From an uncultured Bacilli bacterium (GTDB lineage Bacteria > Bacillota_I > Bacilli_A > RF39 > UBA660): a stretch of 64,000 nucleotides of DNA. The notes beneath the pieces are model-generated. The model searched no databases and had not been told where the DNA came from. It saw nothing but the letters and a program-made list of their open reading frames with translations. Below, piece by piece: positions 18,161-27,321 of this stretch. The stretch spans positions 775-64,774 of the forward strand of contig CANRPY010000004.1 of the NCBI GenBank assembly GCA_947632595.1, in the 5' to 3' direction. Within the stretch, counting starts at the first letter, position 1, and the number at the start of each line of letters is the position of its first letter. The translations under genes and the position numbers were made by a program.

Positions 18161-20581
18161 ATGTACCCACTTGGTAAGCAGTTTGAAGTAGATTATTCAA
18201 AAGCTAAGAGTGATAAGAAAGCGGTCATTCAGGGAAATCGTTTTCGTATTTCGGTGATTAGTGAACGTGTTGTTAGACTTGAATATTCTCCTAATGGACA
18301 ATTTTTAGATAAACCGACACAACTGGTAAGAAAAAGAAATATTGGATTACCAGATTTTTCTGTTAGACAAGATGCGAATGTTTTGGAGATTAGTACCAAA
18401 TACTTTGCTTTGAGTTATATTAAAGAACAACCTTTTGTAGGAACTAAAGTAGATCCTATGAAGACTTTAAAAATTACTTTGTTATCTCGTGATAGAGATC
18501 GTAGAAAAGATTGGTATGTGGGACATCCTGAGGCAAGAAATTTACTTGGTAATATGGTTAGTGTGGATGTTAATATTCCTTGGAACTTACAAAAGGGTTT
18601 ATATTCGATAGATGGATTTGCTTCGATTGATGATAGTTATAGTAAGGTGATTGAAGAAGATGGTACGTTAGGAGATGCTTTATTAAATCACTTTGATATG
18701 TATGTCTTTTTATATGATAAAGATTTTAGACAAACCTTATTTGATTATTTTAAGATGACTGGGGCTCCTGCTTTAATTCCTCGTTATGCTTTAGGAAACT
18801 GGTGGAGTCGTAATATGATTTATGATGATAATAGTTTGCATAATCTTATTCGTAATTTTGAGAAAGAGACGATTCCAATTTCTGTTATGCTTTTTGATCA
18901 TGATTGGCATATTCGTAATACGGATAAAGAGAAAAAATTAAAGGTTGGTTATACTTTTAATCAAGAATTGATTCAAGATCCTAAGTTTATGATTTCTGAA
19001 TTTCATAGACGTGGTATTCGTGTTGGTTTAGTTGTAAATCCTACTGGGGGAATTTATCCACATGAGTTATATTACCCTCAGGCTAGTCAGTATTTACAAG
19101 TAACGGATGGTAGTGTTATTTCTTTTGATCCTTTAAATCCTAAACATATTGATGTTTTATTTAAGATGTTTTTGCATCCTTTGGAAGCACAAGGTGTTGA
19201 TTTCTTTTGGAATGATTCTACTGGTAATATGGATGTTACTCAACTATGGGCTCTTAATCATTACATGTATTTAGATTCTGGAAGAAGTAGTAATAAGAGA
19301 GCTATGATTTTAGGTAGAGGTGGGGTTTTTGCTCCTCATCGTTATCCTGTCTTATATGGTGGTAGTTCTGAAGTTAGTTGGAAAGATTTAAAAAGTCTAC
19401 CATTTAAGTATTTGAATGCTGCTAATATCGGTGTTTCTTGGTGGAGTCATGATGTTGGTGGTAACCATGGTGGTATTGAAGATGGTGAACTTTATTTACG
19501 TTATGTTCAATTAAGTACTTTTGGTCCTATTTTAAGATTCCATGGAGCAAGAGGAAGATATTATAAAAGAGAACCTTGGTTATGGGATGCTAAAACTTTT
19601 AGTATTGCTGCTAATTATTTGCGTTTGAGACATCGTTTGATTCCTTATATTTATACAGAGGCTTATAATTATACCAAATCTGGGGTTCCTGTTATTCAAC
19701 CTTTTTATTACAATTATATGTGGGTTTATGACGATGATCTTTATAGAAACCAATATTATTTTGGATCTCAATTGTTAGTATGTCCTATTTTGGAACCAAA
19801 GGATCCTATTATGAATCGTTCTATTCATCGATTCTTTGTACCTGATGGTGTTTGGTATGATTGGGTTACTGGTAAGAAATTCCCTGGAAATAAAAAATAT
19901 GTTTCTTTCTTTAAAGAAGATGATTATCCAGTCTTTGCTCATGCGGGAAGTATTATTCCTATTTCGAATCGTAGTGACTATAATAATATTGGTCTTCCTA
20001 CAGATTTAGAGATTCAAATCTTCCCAGGAGCTAGTAATACTTATACTTTGTATGAAGATGATGGAATTACTTCTTTATATCGTGAAGGTTATTATTTAAA
20101 GACTTCTATTGACTATAATTATATGAGAGATAATTTTACAGTAGTCATTCGTTCTATTGATGGAAAGAGTGGTATTGCTCCTGAAAGAAGAAATTATAAA
20201 ATGGTATTCCGTAATACGAAAAAACCGGATATGGTTAGTGTATTCTTTAATAATGAACAATTACAGACTCAGTCTTATATTGATGGAAATGATTTTATTG
20301 TAGATATCAAGGGTGTTCCAACGATTGGTCAATTAACGATTAATTGTAAGGGTAAAGATATTGAAATTGATACGGTTCGTTTGGTTAATGATGAATTAGA
20401 TAGTGTTTTAATGGATCTTAAGATTAGTACTTATTTGAAAGAGAGTATTGCGAAGATTATCTTTAGTGATATTACTGTTGATAAAAAGAGAATTGGTATT
20501 CGTAAACTTCGTAAGGAAGGTCTTTCTAAGGAACATATGGGATTATTCTTAAAACTTCTTGATTATATGAACGATATTTAG
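18161..20581 (+). CDS. glycoside hydrolase family 31 (alpha-glucosidase/alpha-xylosidase-like), cytoplasmic
   Basis: GH31-like blocks are present: FDHDWH, GVDFFWND (candidate nucleophile Asp) and WWSHDVGG. The protein is ~800 aa with no signal peptide. Confidence 0.7.
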   Translation: MYPLGKQFEVDYSKAKSDKKAVIQGNRFRISVISERVVRLEYSPNGQFLDKPTQLVRKRNIGLPDFSVRQDANVLEISTKYFALSYIKEQPFVGTKVDPMKTLKITLLSRDRDRRKDWYVGHPEARNLLGNMVSVDVNIPWNLQKGLYSIDGFASIDDSYSKVIEEDGTLGDALLNHFDMYVFLYDKDFRQTLFDYFKMTGAPALIPRYALGNWWSRNMIYDDNSLHNLIRNFEKETIPISVMLFDHDWHIRNTDKEKKLKVGYTFNQELIQDPKFMISEFHRRGIRVGLVVNPTGGIYPHELYYPQASQYLQVTDGSVISFDPLNPKHIDVLFKMFLHPLEAQGVDFFWNDSTGNMDVTQLWALNHYMYLDSGRSSNKRAMILGRGGVFAPHRYPVLYGGSSEVSWKDLKSLPFKYLNAANIGVSWWSHDVGGNHGGIEDGELYLRYVQLSTFGPILRFHGARGRYYKREPWLWDAKTFSIAANYLRLRHRLIPYIYTEAYNYTKSGVPVIQPFYYNYMWVYDDDLYRNQYYFGSQLLVCPILEPKDPIMNRSIHRFFVPDGVWYDWVTGKKFPGNKKYVSFFKEDDYPVFAHAGSIIPISNRSDYNNIGLPTDLEIQIFPGASNTYTLYEDDGITSLYREGYYLKTSIDYNYMRDNFTVVIRSIDGKSGIAPERRNYKMVFRNTKKPDMVSVFFNNEQLQTQSYIDGNDFIVDIKGVPTIGQLTINCKGKDIEIDTVRLVNDELDSVLMDLKISTYLKESIAKIIFSDITVDKKRIGIRKLRKEGLSKEHMGLFLKLLDYMNDI

Positions 20582-20608
20582 AAACTAGAAATTTTTCTAG
20601 TTTCTTTT
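20581..20608 (+). terminator. rho-independent terminator after the GH31 gene
   Basis: Hairpin GAAACTAGA-loop-TCTAGTTTC followed by TTTT. Confidence 0.8.
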
Positions 20609-20651
20609 AAATTTATCTTGGAAAAAATAGGATTTATGTTATAATAAGTTT

Positions 20652-20850
20652 ATATTTTGTGATGAGAAAGAAGTAGTAGTAAAAAAAACTTTGTAGAGAG
20701 TCTATGGTTGGTGAAAATAGATAGGAGATTTTTATGAACTTGTCTTTTGAGCAATTGGGTAATTCCGTTATCGATTTAGAGAGTATAGTCATAACTATAA
20801 ATTAAGGTGGTACCGCGAGAAATCGTCCTTAACTTTATAGTTATTTTTTT
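20652..20850 (+). promoter_or_regulatory. T-box leader (leucine specifier CUU)
   Basis: An extended -10 promoter (TGTTATAAT) lies at 20637-20645. Stem I elements are present (UGAUGAG...AGUAGU and AGAGAG...GGUUGGUG). The specifier-loop GAA-CUU-G places the codon at 20739-20741. The T-box sequence AATTAAGGTGGTACCGCG is at 20800-20817. The terminator hairpin spans 20791-20843 and is followed by T7. Confidence 0.85.
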
Positions 20851-20864
20851 GTATAGGAGGTCTT

Positions 20865-21239
20865 ATGGAAGAAGTTGTTTTATTTTTGATGACGTTTCTT
20901 CTGTTATTTCTTATTTATGAGATTCTATTGATTCGGCCTTTAAAGAAGAAGGGGTATCAAAAATCGAATAAGAAAGAACTGATGGAAGTTCGTTATTTAA
21001 TTTCTAAATATCATTTGAATATGGATAAGATTTCTTATTCTCAATTATTACAACTGTGTGCAATTACTTCTTGTCTTAATATATCGATTACGGTTACTGT
21101 AGTTTCTTATGTTTCTTCCTTTTTATGGGAGATTGTAGTAGGATTTGTCGTAATCTTTCTTCTCATTTATGGAAGTTATTATTTGATTTATTTATTTTAT
21201 AAAAAGAAAGGGATGATTCGTGATGGAAAACATCAATAA
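20865..21239 (+). CDS. small membrane protein (3 predicted TM), first gene of the T-box/leuS operon
   Basis: It has a strong RBS (AGGAGG, 6 nt from the ATG) and hydrophobic segments (VVLFLMTFLLLFLIYEILLI, LLQLCAITSCLNISITVTVVSYV, VVGFVVIFLLIYGSYYLIYLF). Its end overlaps the leuS start. Confidence 0.55.
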   Translation: MEEVVLFLMTFLLLFLIYEILLIRPLKKKGYQKSNKKELMEVRYLISKYHLNMDKISYSQLLQLCAITSCLNISITVTVVSYVSSFLWEIVVGFVVIFLLIYGSYYLIYLFYKKKGMIRDGKHQ

Positions 21240-24036
21240 AGTAGAAAAAAAGTGGCAAGATTATTGGGATGAACATCAAACATTTCAATGTGGAAAGGAA
21301 AAGGGAAAACAACCTTATTATATTTTGGTAGAGTTTCCTTATCCAAGCGGTTCTGGACTTCATGTTGGGCATGTACGTAGTTATACGGCACAAGATGCGA
21401 TTGCTAGAATGATGAGATTACAAGGATATGATGTTTTGTATCCAATGGGATGGGATGCTTTTGGAGCACCTGCTGAACAGTATGCAATTAAGAATCATAT
21501 TCATCCAAAGGAAGCTGTTAAGGAAAATATTCAGACTTTTAAAGGACAAATGAAATCATTAGGTTTCTCTTTTGATTGGAGTCGTGAGTTTTCTACAACG
21601 GATCCTGAATATTATAAATGGACACAATGGCAATTTTTACAATTTTATAAACATGGTATGGCTTATAAAGATAAGATTCCTGTCAATTGGTGTCCTACTT
21701 GTAAGAGTGTATTGTCTAATGAAGATGCGGCTGGCGGAGTTTGTGAAAGATGTGGAAGTGTTGTTGAACAAAGAGAAAAGAGTCAATGGATGCTTCGTAT
21801 GAGTGATTATGCAGAAGATTTACTTACCGGTCTTTCGGATACGAATTTTGCGGATCGTGTCAAATTAGGTCAAATTAACTGGATTGGAAAATCTGTTGGA
21901 GCTCATGTTACTTTCCAAATTGATGGACATGATAAGAATTTTACAGTATTTACGACTCGTTGTGATACGTTGTTTGGAGCAACCTATTGTGTACTTGCTC
22001 CAGAACATCAATATGTATTAGAGATTACGACTCCAGAGCATATGGATGAAGTGAAGGCTTACATCCAAGAATGTGCTAAGAAAAATGAGATGGAGAGAAC
22101 AGAACTTAACAAGGATAAGACAGGTGTCTTTACAGGAGCCTATGCGATTAATCCTGTCAATGGTGATAAAATTCCTATTTATATTTCTGATTATGTTCTT
22201 GCAAGTTATGGAACAGGTGCGATTATGGCTGTTCCTGCTCATGATGATCGTGATTATGAATTTGCGAAGAAATTTCATATTCCTATCATTCAAGTTCTAG
22301 AAGAAGAGACAGGTACTCCACATGAAAATGAGAAGGAGAAACAATCTATTGTTGCAGTTGTTCATGATCCTAAAAAAGATCAATATTTGACTATTAATTG
22401 GAAAGATAAAGGTGGTCGTCTTTTTGTTGGAGGTACTCGTAAGAACCAAGAAGATGCTGTTGCTTGTGCTAAACGTGAAATTCAAGAAGAGACAGGATAT
22501 ACGGATATTGAACTTGTATGTGAGGATTTTACGATTCGTCATCATTATTATGCTTATAACAAAGATCAATATTTTGCTATTGAAGCTACGCCTTTGCTTT
22601 TTGAACTTAAGAGTGATAAAAAGGTTTCTCAAAAACTTGATCCTGATGAAGATTTTGAAGTAGAATGGGTTGATCGTTCTACGATTGAAAAAGAAGTTAA
22701 GGATGAACTTCATAAAAAGTCTTTTGAATATGTTTTAAATCCTGGTGCTATGACAGGGGATGGAACTCATGTAAATTCAGAATTCTTAAATGGTCTACAT
22801 AAAGAGGATGCTATCAACACTATGATTGGTTGGTTAGAAGATCATGAGTGTGGAAAACAACAAGTCAATTATAAAATGAGAGATTGGATTTTCTCTCGTC
22901 AAAGATTCTGGGGAGAGCCTATTCCTATGATTCATTGTCCTAAATGTGGATGGGTTCCTATGAAGGAAGAGGATTTACCATTACTTCTTCCTGATGTTGC
23001 GGAATATGAACCAACAGAAGATGGAGAAAGTCCTCTTGCAAATATTGAAGATTGGGTTAATTGTAAGTGTCCTAAATGTGGAGGAGATGCTAAAAGAGAG
23101 ACGGATACTATGCCTAACTGGGCTGGTTCTTCTTGGTATTTCTTACGTTTTATGGATCCTCATAATACTAAAGAATTTGCATCTATGGATGCAATGAAAT
23201 ATTGGAATCGTGTTGATTGGTACAATGGTGGAATGGAACATACAGCAAGACACTTATTGTATGCACGTTTCTGGGTTCAATTCTTGTATAATATTGGATT
23301 GGTTCCTCATAAAGAAATGATTTGGACTCGTGTTAGTCATGGTATGGTGCTTGGTTCTGACAATCAAAAAATGAGTAAATCAAAGGGTAATGTGATTAAT
23401 CCGGATGATATTGTGAAAGAATATGGAGCAGATACTTTACGTACTTATGAAATGTTTATGGGAGATTATCAAATGGATGCTCCATGGAGTACCGATTCTC
23501 TTAGAGGATGTAAGAGGTTCTTGGATAAAGTGGAAAGACTTAAAGATAAGATTAATGATCAAGAAGGATACAGTGAAAAACTAGAGCCTATTCAAAATAA
23601 AACAATTAAGAAAATTGAATATGATATGATGCATATGGGTTATAATACGGTTATTTCTTCTTTGATGATTTTAGCAAATGCTTATGATGATATGGAATCT
23701 ATTACAAAAGAAGATTATCATTTGTTCTTAACCCTTCTTAATCCAATTGCTCCTCATATTACCGAAGAGTTAAATGAACAAATTGGATATTCTCCTATTT
23801 GTGAGGGAGAGTGGCCTATTTATGATGAGGAGAAAACGGTTGAGAATACCAAAGAAATTGCGGTACAGGTTAATGGCAAAGTACGTGCTACGATAGAAAT
23901 CTCTATTGATGATGATGAAGATATGATTCGTGAGAAGGCACTAAGTTGTCTTAATGTTATGAAACATATTGAAGGACATGAAGTCGTAAAAGTTATCGTT
24001 ATCAAAGGTAAAATTGTTAATATTGTTATTCGATAG
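21223..24036 (+). CDS. leuS: leucyl-tRNA synthetase with an inserted Nudix domain
   Basis: Canonical LeuRS blocks are present: HVGH (HIGH), the CP1 editing motifs TTRCDTLFGATY and GTGAIMAVPAHDDRDYEFA, VNYKMRDWIFSRQRFWGEPIP, and KMSKS. An extra ~147 aa (nt 22300-22740) contains the Nudix box GTRKNQEDAVACAKREIQEETGY. Confidence 0.95.
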   Translation: MENINKVEKKWQDYWDEHQTFQCGKEKGKQPYYILVEFPYPSGSGLHVGHVRSYTAQDAIARMMRLQGYDVLYPMGWDAFGAPAEQYAIKNHIHPKEAVKENIQTFKGQMKSLGFSFDWSREFSTTDPEYYKWTQWQFLQFYKHGMAYKDKIPVNWCPTCKSVLSNEDAAGGVCERCGSVVEQREKSQWMLRMSDYAEDLLTGLSDTNFADRVKLGQINWIGKSVGAHVTFQIDGHDKNFTVFTTRCDTLFGATYCVLAPEHQYVLEITTPEHMDEVKAYIQECAKKNEMERTELNKDKTGVFTGAYAINPVNGDKIPIYISDYVLASYGTGAIMAVPAHDDRDYEFAKKFHIPIIQVLEEETGTPHENEKEKQSIVAVVHDPKKDQYLTINWKDKGGRLFVGGTRKNQEDAVACAKREIQEETGYTDIELVCEDFTIRHHYYAYNKDQYFAIEATPLLFELKSDKKVSQKLDPDEDFEVEWVDRSTIEKEVKDELHKKSFEYVLNPGAMTGDGTHVNSEFLNGLHKEDAINTMIGWLEDHECGKQQVNYKMRDWIFSRQRFWGEPIPMIHCPKCGWVPMKEEDLPLLLPDVAEYEPTEDGESPLANIEDWVNCKCPKCGGDAKRETDTMPNWAGSSWYFLRFMDPHNTKEFASMDAMKYWNRVDWYNGGMEHTARHLLYARFWVQFLYNIGLVPHKEMIWTRVSHGMVLGSDNQKMSKSKGNVINPDDIVKEYGADTLRTYEMFMGDYQMDAPWSTDSLRGCKRFLDKVERLKDKINDQEGYSEKLEPIQNKTIKKIEYDMMHMGYNTVISSLMILANAYDDMESITKEDYHLFLTLLNPIAPHITEELNEQIGYSPICEGEWPIYDEEKTVENTKEIAVQVNGKVRATIEISIDDDEDMIREKALSCLNVMKHIEGHEVVKVIVIKGKIVNIVIR

Positions 24037-24061
24037 AAAGGGTTTCCCTTTCTATTTTTTT
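24034..24061 (+). terminator. rho-independent terminator after leuS
   Basis: Hairpin TAGAAAGGG-TTT-CCCTTTCTA followed by T7. Confidence 0.85.
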
Positions 24062-24088
24062 GACAAATTCTATCTTTTGTGATATAAT
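24060..24088 (+). promoter_or_regulatory. consensus sigma-A promoter for the Fic gene
   Basis: TTGACA - 17 nt - TATAAT with a TGn extended -10 (TGATATAAT). Confidence 0.7.
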
Positions 24089-24112
24089 GTGTGCAATTTA
24101 AGGGGTGGTCTT

Positions 24113-25273
24113 ATGTTTTTAGATAAGCATAGTGATGTAGTGATTTCTGGACAACTTTTTCCTTATGATTTATTTCAATATTTGCTTTCTCGTTTTAAAG
24201 AGGCTTTTTGTCATTCTAGTTTAACGATTGAACAAGCATTTAAAGAATTAGATGAATTGGAAGTTGCTATTCATTCTTCTATGGATTATCATGCCTTTGA
24301 TTTTTATTGTACTTTAGGATTTAAGGAGAAAAAGGAAATTGATGATACTTTAAAACAAATTATTGTTTTTAAGGCTTCTCGTTATGGTGTTTTTAATGAG
24401 GCTTTGACAGGGGATCCTAAACAGACAGATCGTTTGTTTCAAAAGCATTTTTCTTATTTTGTTCCTTATTTACCATATTTTATTGCTTTTGATAAGGATG
24501 GAAAATTTGATAAGCGTGCTACTTATCAAAAAGTAGATACTTTATTTATGAATTTACCTAGAAGAAATGAGGCATATAAGAGTGCTTATCATATGCAGAA
24601 AGATAGTTTGGATGCCTTTGATTATGCAATGGATTTAGATCAAATCTCTATTCGTGATGCGATTCAAATTAATAATATCGTAAATCGTAGTGATGTGAAT
24701 CAGGTGTTAGGGTTTAAGAGAACAAATAATGATATTATTGGTGCTAGTTTTACTCCTGTTGATAAAAAGGATGTGCCTCTTGAGATGCAAAAACTATTTT
24801 CTGATTATCGTCATGATTTTGGAAAAGAATATTTAAATCCTAATGATATGACTGTTACTGCTCAAGAGAGAAGTGATCGAGTTTTTGAAATCTTTCGCAA
24901 AGAAGCTTTGTTTCATATTCGATTTATTCGAATTCATCCTTTTAATGATGGGAATGGTAGAACAGGTCGTATTATTTTAAATCATCATTTGTTAGAACAA
25001 GGAATTGCTCCTGTTATTCTTTCTGGAGCTATGGCAGAAGATTATTGTAAGTGTATTGATAATTATGATGTTGATGGTCTTGCGAAAATTCTTTATTATA
25101 TTTCTTCTGTTCAAATAGCTAACTGGGTTTCTGAGAAAAAAGCAGGTGCTGATACTTCTAGGAAATATGTTTCTCCTAATAATCAAAAACTTGCGGCTTT
25201 GGTTGGATATGAAGATGCCTCTGATACTACAAATCAAGCTAAAAAACCTTATATGAAGAAATTCTTATTTTAG
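24113..25273 (+). CDS. Fic-domain protein (putative AMPylase)
   Basis: It carries the canonical Fic motif HPFNDGNGRTGR. The ATG at 24113 follows AAGGGGTGG. Confidence 0.85.
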   Translation: MFLDKHSDVVISGQLFPYDLFQYLLSRFKEAFCHSSLTIEQAFKELDELEVAIHSSMDYHAFDFYCTLGFKEKKEIDDTLKQIIVFKASRYGVFNEALTGDPKQTDRLFQKHFSYFVPYLPYFIAFDKDGKFDKRATYQKVDTLFMNLPRRNEAYKSAYHMQKDSLDAFDYAMDLDQISIRDAIQINNIVNRSDVNQVLGFKRTNNDIIGASFTPVDKKDVPLEMQKLFSDYRHDFGKEYLNPNDMTVTAQERSDRVFEIFRKEALFHIRFIRIHPFNDGNGRTGRIILNHHLLEQGIAPVILSGAMAEDYCKCIDNYDVDGLAKILYYISSVQIANWVSEKKAGADTSRKYVSPNNQKLAALVGYEDASDTTNQAKKPYMKKFLF

Positions 25274-25318
25274 AAGAAATTTCTTCTTTTTTTTTGTTCT
25301 TTTTTTGATATTTTCTTT

Positions 25319-25501
25319 TTGGTGATTGATTTGAAAGTTAAGATATTTGATGAAGAAGATGAAATGGATTTAGAAAATGATATTAATGAGTTTTTAGAGA
25401 AAGAGGAAGTAGAAGTTGTGGATATTAAATTTCAAGTTGGTGTTTCTGTTTTTGGGGAAGAACAAATTTTTTGTTTTTCTGCTATGATACTTTATCGGTA
25501 G
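25319..25501 (+). CDS. Cse60-like small sporulation protein
   Basis: The 60-aa sequence (V)IDLKVKIFDEEDEMDLENDINEFLEKEEVEVVDIKFQV...FCFSAMILYR resembles the Cse60/YteV family pattern as I recall it. The start codon is TTG. Confidence 0.45.
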   Translation: MVIDLKVKIFDEEDEMDLENDINEFLEKEEVEVVDIKFQVGVSVFGEEQIFCFSAMILYR

Positions 25502-25544
25502 GGGAGTATAAAAATCCTCTATTTTGTGATATGATAGATGTATC

Positions 25545-27209
25545 ATGGAGGAGTATATGAAGAAAGATGTCACTATGAAAAAGTCCACTTTCGTTAAGGG
25601 TGCTTTTATTACTACTATTGGTATAGTTCTTACTAAGATTTTGGGCATTTTATATGTAATTCCTTTTCATTCTATTATTGGAGAAGAGGGAGGTGCCTTA
25701 TATGGATATGCTTATACGATCTATATCTTTTTCTTGTCTCTTTCTTCTGCAGGAATTCCTCTTGCGATTAGTAAACTAGTATCGGAATATCAAACTTTGG
25801 GATATTCCAAAGCGAAAAGGAGAGTTTTCGTTCTTGGAAAAAGAATTGCTCTTCTCTTTGGACTTATTTGTTTCTTGTTTTTAATTTTGTTTGCTCCTAT
25901 TTTGGCTAAGTGGATCTTAGGAGGCGTTGTTGGAGGAAACCGAGTAGAGGATGTTACTTTTGTAATTCGTGTTATCTCTTCTGCTATTTTAGTAGGACCA
26001 GTTCTAAGTGTTTATCGTGGATATTTTGAGGGACATCGTTTTATGAGTCCGCCTTCTATTTCTCAAGTGTTGGAGCAATTGCTTCGTGTTTTTATCATTC
26101 TTTTTGGTAGTTATTTTTCTTTGAAATTTTTCAAAGTCTCTTTAGCAAGTGTTGTTGGAGTTGCCTTATTTGGGGCTACTGCGGGAGCACTGATTGCCTA
26201 TTTTTACTTATTAGATAAGTATTTTAAAAATCGTCGTAAATTTCAGGAAAAAGTAAGAGATGTAAATGAGCCTATTGTGAGTGACCGGGTCATTCTTCAC
26301 AAAATATTTTTGTATGCTATTCCTTTTATTATGATTGATGTTTTTCAGTCTCTTTATCATTATGTGGACATGGTCAGTGTTGTCAAAGGACTTGTGAATT
26401 ATGCGCAATACTCAGCAGTAGATGCGGAAACTGTTTATAGTATTTTATCTACTTGGGCACAGAAATTTAATATGATTATTGCGGCTATTTCAACAGGAAT
26501 TATTGTTAGTTTGATTCCTAATCTTACAGAGAGTATTGTCAAAAAACAACAAGATGAAATTACTCACAAAGTAAATCTTTCTTTAAGTATGTTACTTTAT
26601 TTTATTCTTCCGATTTCTTTTGGAATTTGTTTTTTAGCAAAACCTATTTGGATTGTTTTTTATGGAGAGAGTTCTTATGGACCTAGTATTTTAAGTTACT
26701 ATGTTTTTGTTGGACTTATGGTTTCTTTATTTACAATGGTTATTAGTGTTTTACAAACGCTTAAAGATTATCGTAATGTATTTTGGTGTTTATTGATTGG
26801 ATTTGTTCTTAAAATTTTATTTAATTATAGTCTTCTTCGTACGTTCTTATCGATTGGTTTTCCACCTTATTATGGGTTTATTACTGCAACCATTCTTGGA
26901 TACTTAGCTTCTTTCTTTGTTTGTATGTTTATTTTAAGGAGAAAGTATCATATTTCTTTTGAAGTTTTTTTAAAAAACTTTGTTGATATTTTATGTGGGT
27001 CTTTCTTGATGCTTTTTGTCCTTGGAATCGTTCATTTTCTGATACCTTTTTCTTCGACATGTCGAATGGTTTGTTTCTTCCTTGTTCTTTTCTATACGGT
27101 ACTTGGTGCTTTTGTTTATTTTGTTTATGCTTATCGAGCTAAACTTACTAAGACTATTTTTGGAGATCGCTTCTTTAAGAGTTTTTCTAAAATCTTTTTT
27201 CATAAATAA
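25545..27209 (+). CDS. MOP-superfamily polysaccharide/lipid II flippase (MurJ/SpoVB/YtgP-like)
   Basis: It is ~550 aa with ~14 predicted TM helices, and the N-terminal block KGAFITTIGIVLTKILGILYVIPF is typical of the family. Confidence 0.8.
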   Translation: MEEYMKKDVTMKKSTFVKGAFITTIGIVLTKILGILYVIPFHSIIGEEGGALYGYAYTIYIFFLSLSSAGIPLAISKLVSEYQTLGYSKAKRRVFVLGKRIALLFGLICFLFLILFAPILAKWILGGVVGGNRVEDVTFVIRVISSAILVGPVLSVYRGYFEGHRFMSPPSISQVLEQLLRVFIILFGSYFSLKFFKVSLASVVGVALFGATAGALIAYFYLLDKYFKNRRKFQEKVRDVNEPIVSDRVILHKIFLYAIPFIMIDVFQSLYHYVDMVSVVKGLVNYAQYSAVDAETVYSILSTWAQKFNMIIAAISTGIIVSLIPNLTESIVKKQQDEITHKVNLSLSMLLYFILPISFGICFLAKPIWIVFYGESSYGPSILSYYVFVGLMVSLFTMVISVLQTLKDYRNVFWCLLIGFVLKILFNYSLLRTFLSIGFPPYYGFITATILGYLASFFVCMFILRRKYHISFEVFLKNFVDILCGSFLMLFVLGIVHFLIPFSSTCRMVCFFLVLFYTVLGAFVYFVYAYRAKLTKTIFGDRFFKSFSKIFFHK

Positions 27210-27321
27210 TTGTCAAGAAAATATAAAAAGATATGAATTTTATTTGTTATTATGGATAGAGAATGTTAAAATAAGTTATATAGGATAGATATCAAGTCTA
27301 AAAATTTTAGGAGGTATTTCT

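Noticed and set aside
22297-22713. A 138-aa minus-strand ORF and several + strand alternative-frame ORFs lie inside leuS. Similar internal ORFs occur in rnr, thiI, the PBP gene, the S41 peptidase gene and others.
   Set aside because: All are embedded in strongly supported genes. They are Ile/Phe/Asn/Lys-rich low-complexity translations typical of off-frame AT-rich DNA, and they lack RBSs.
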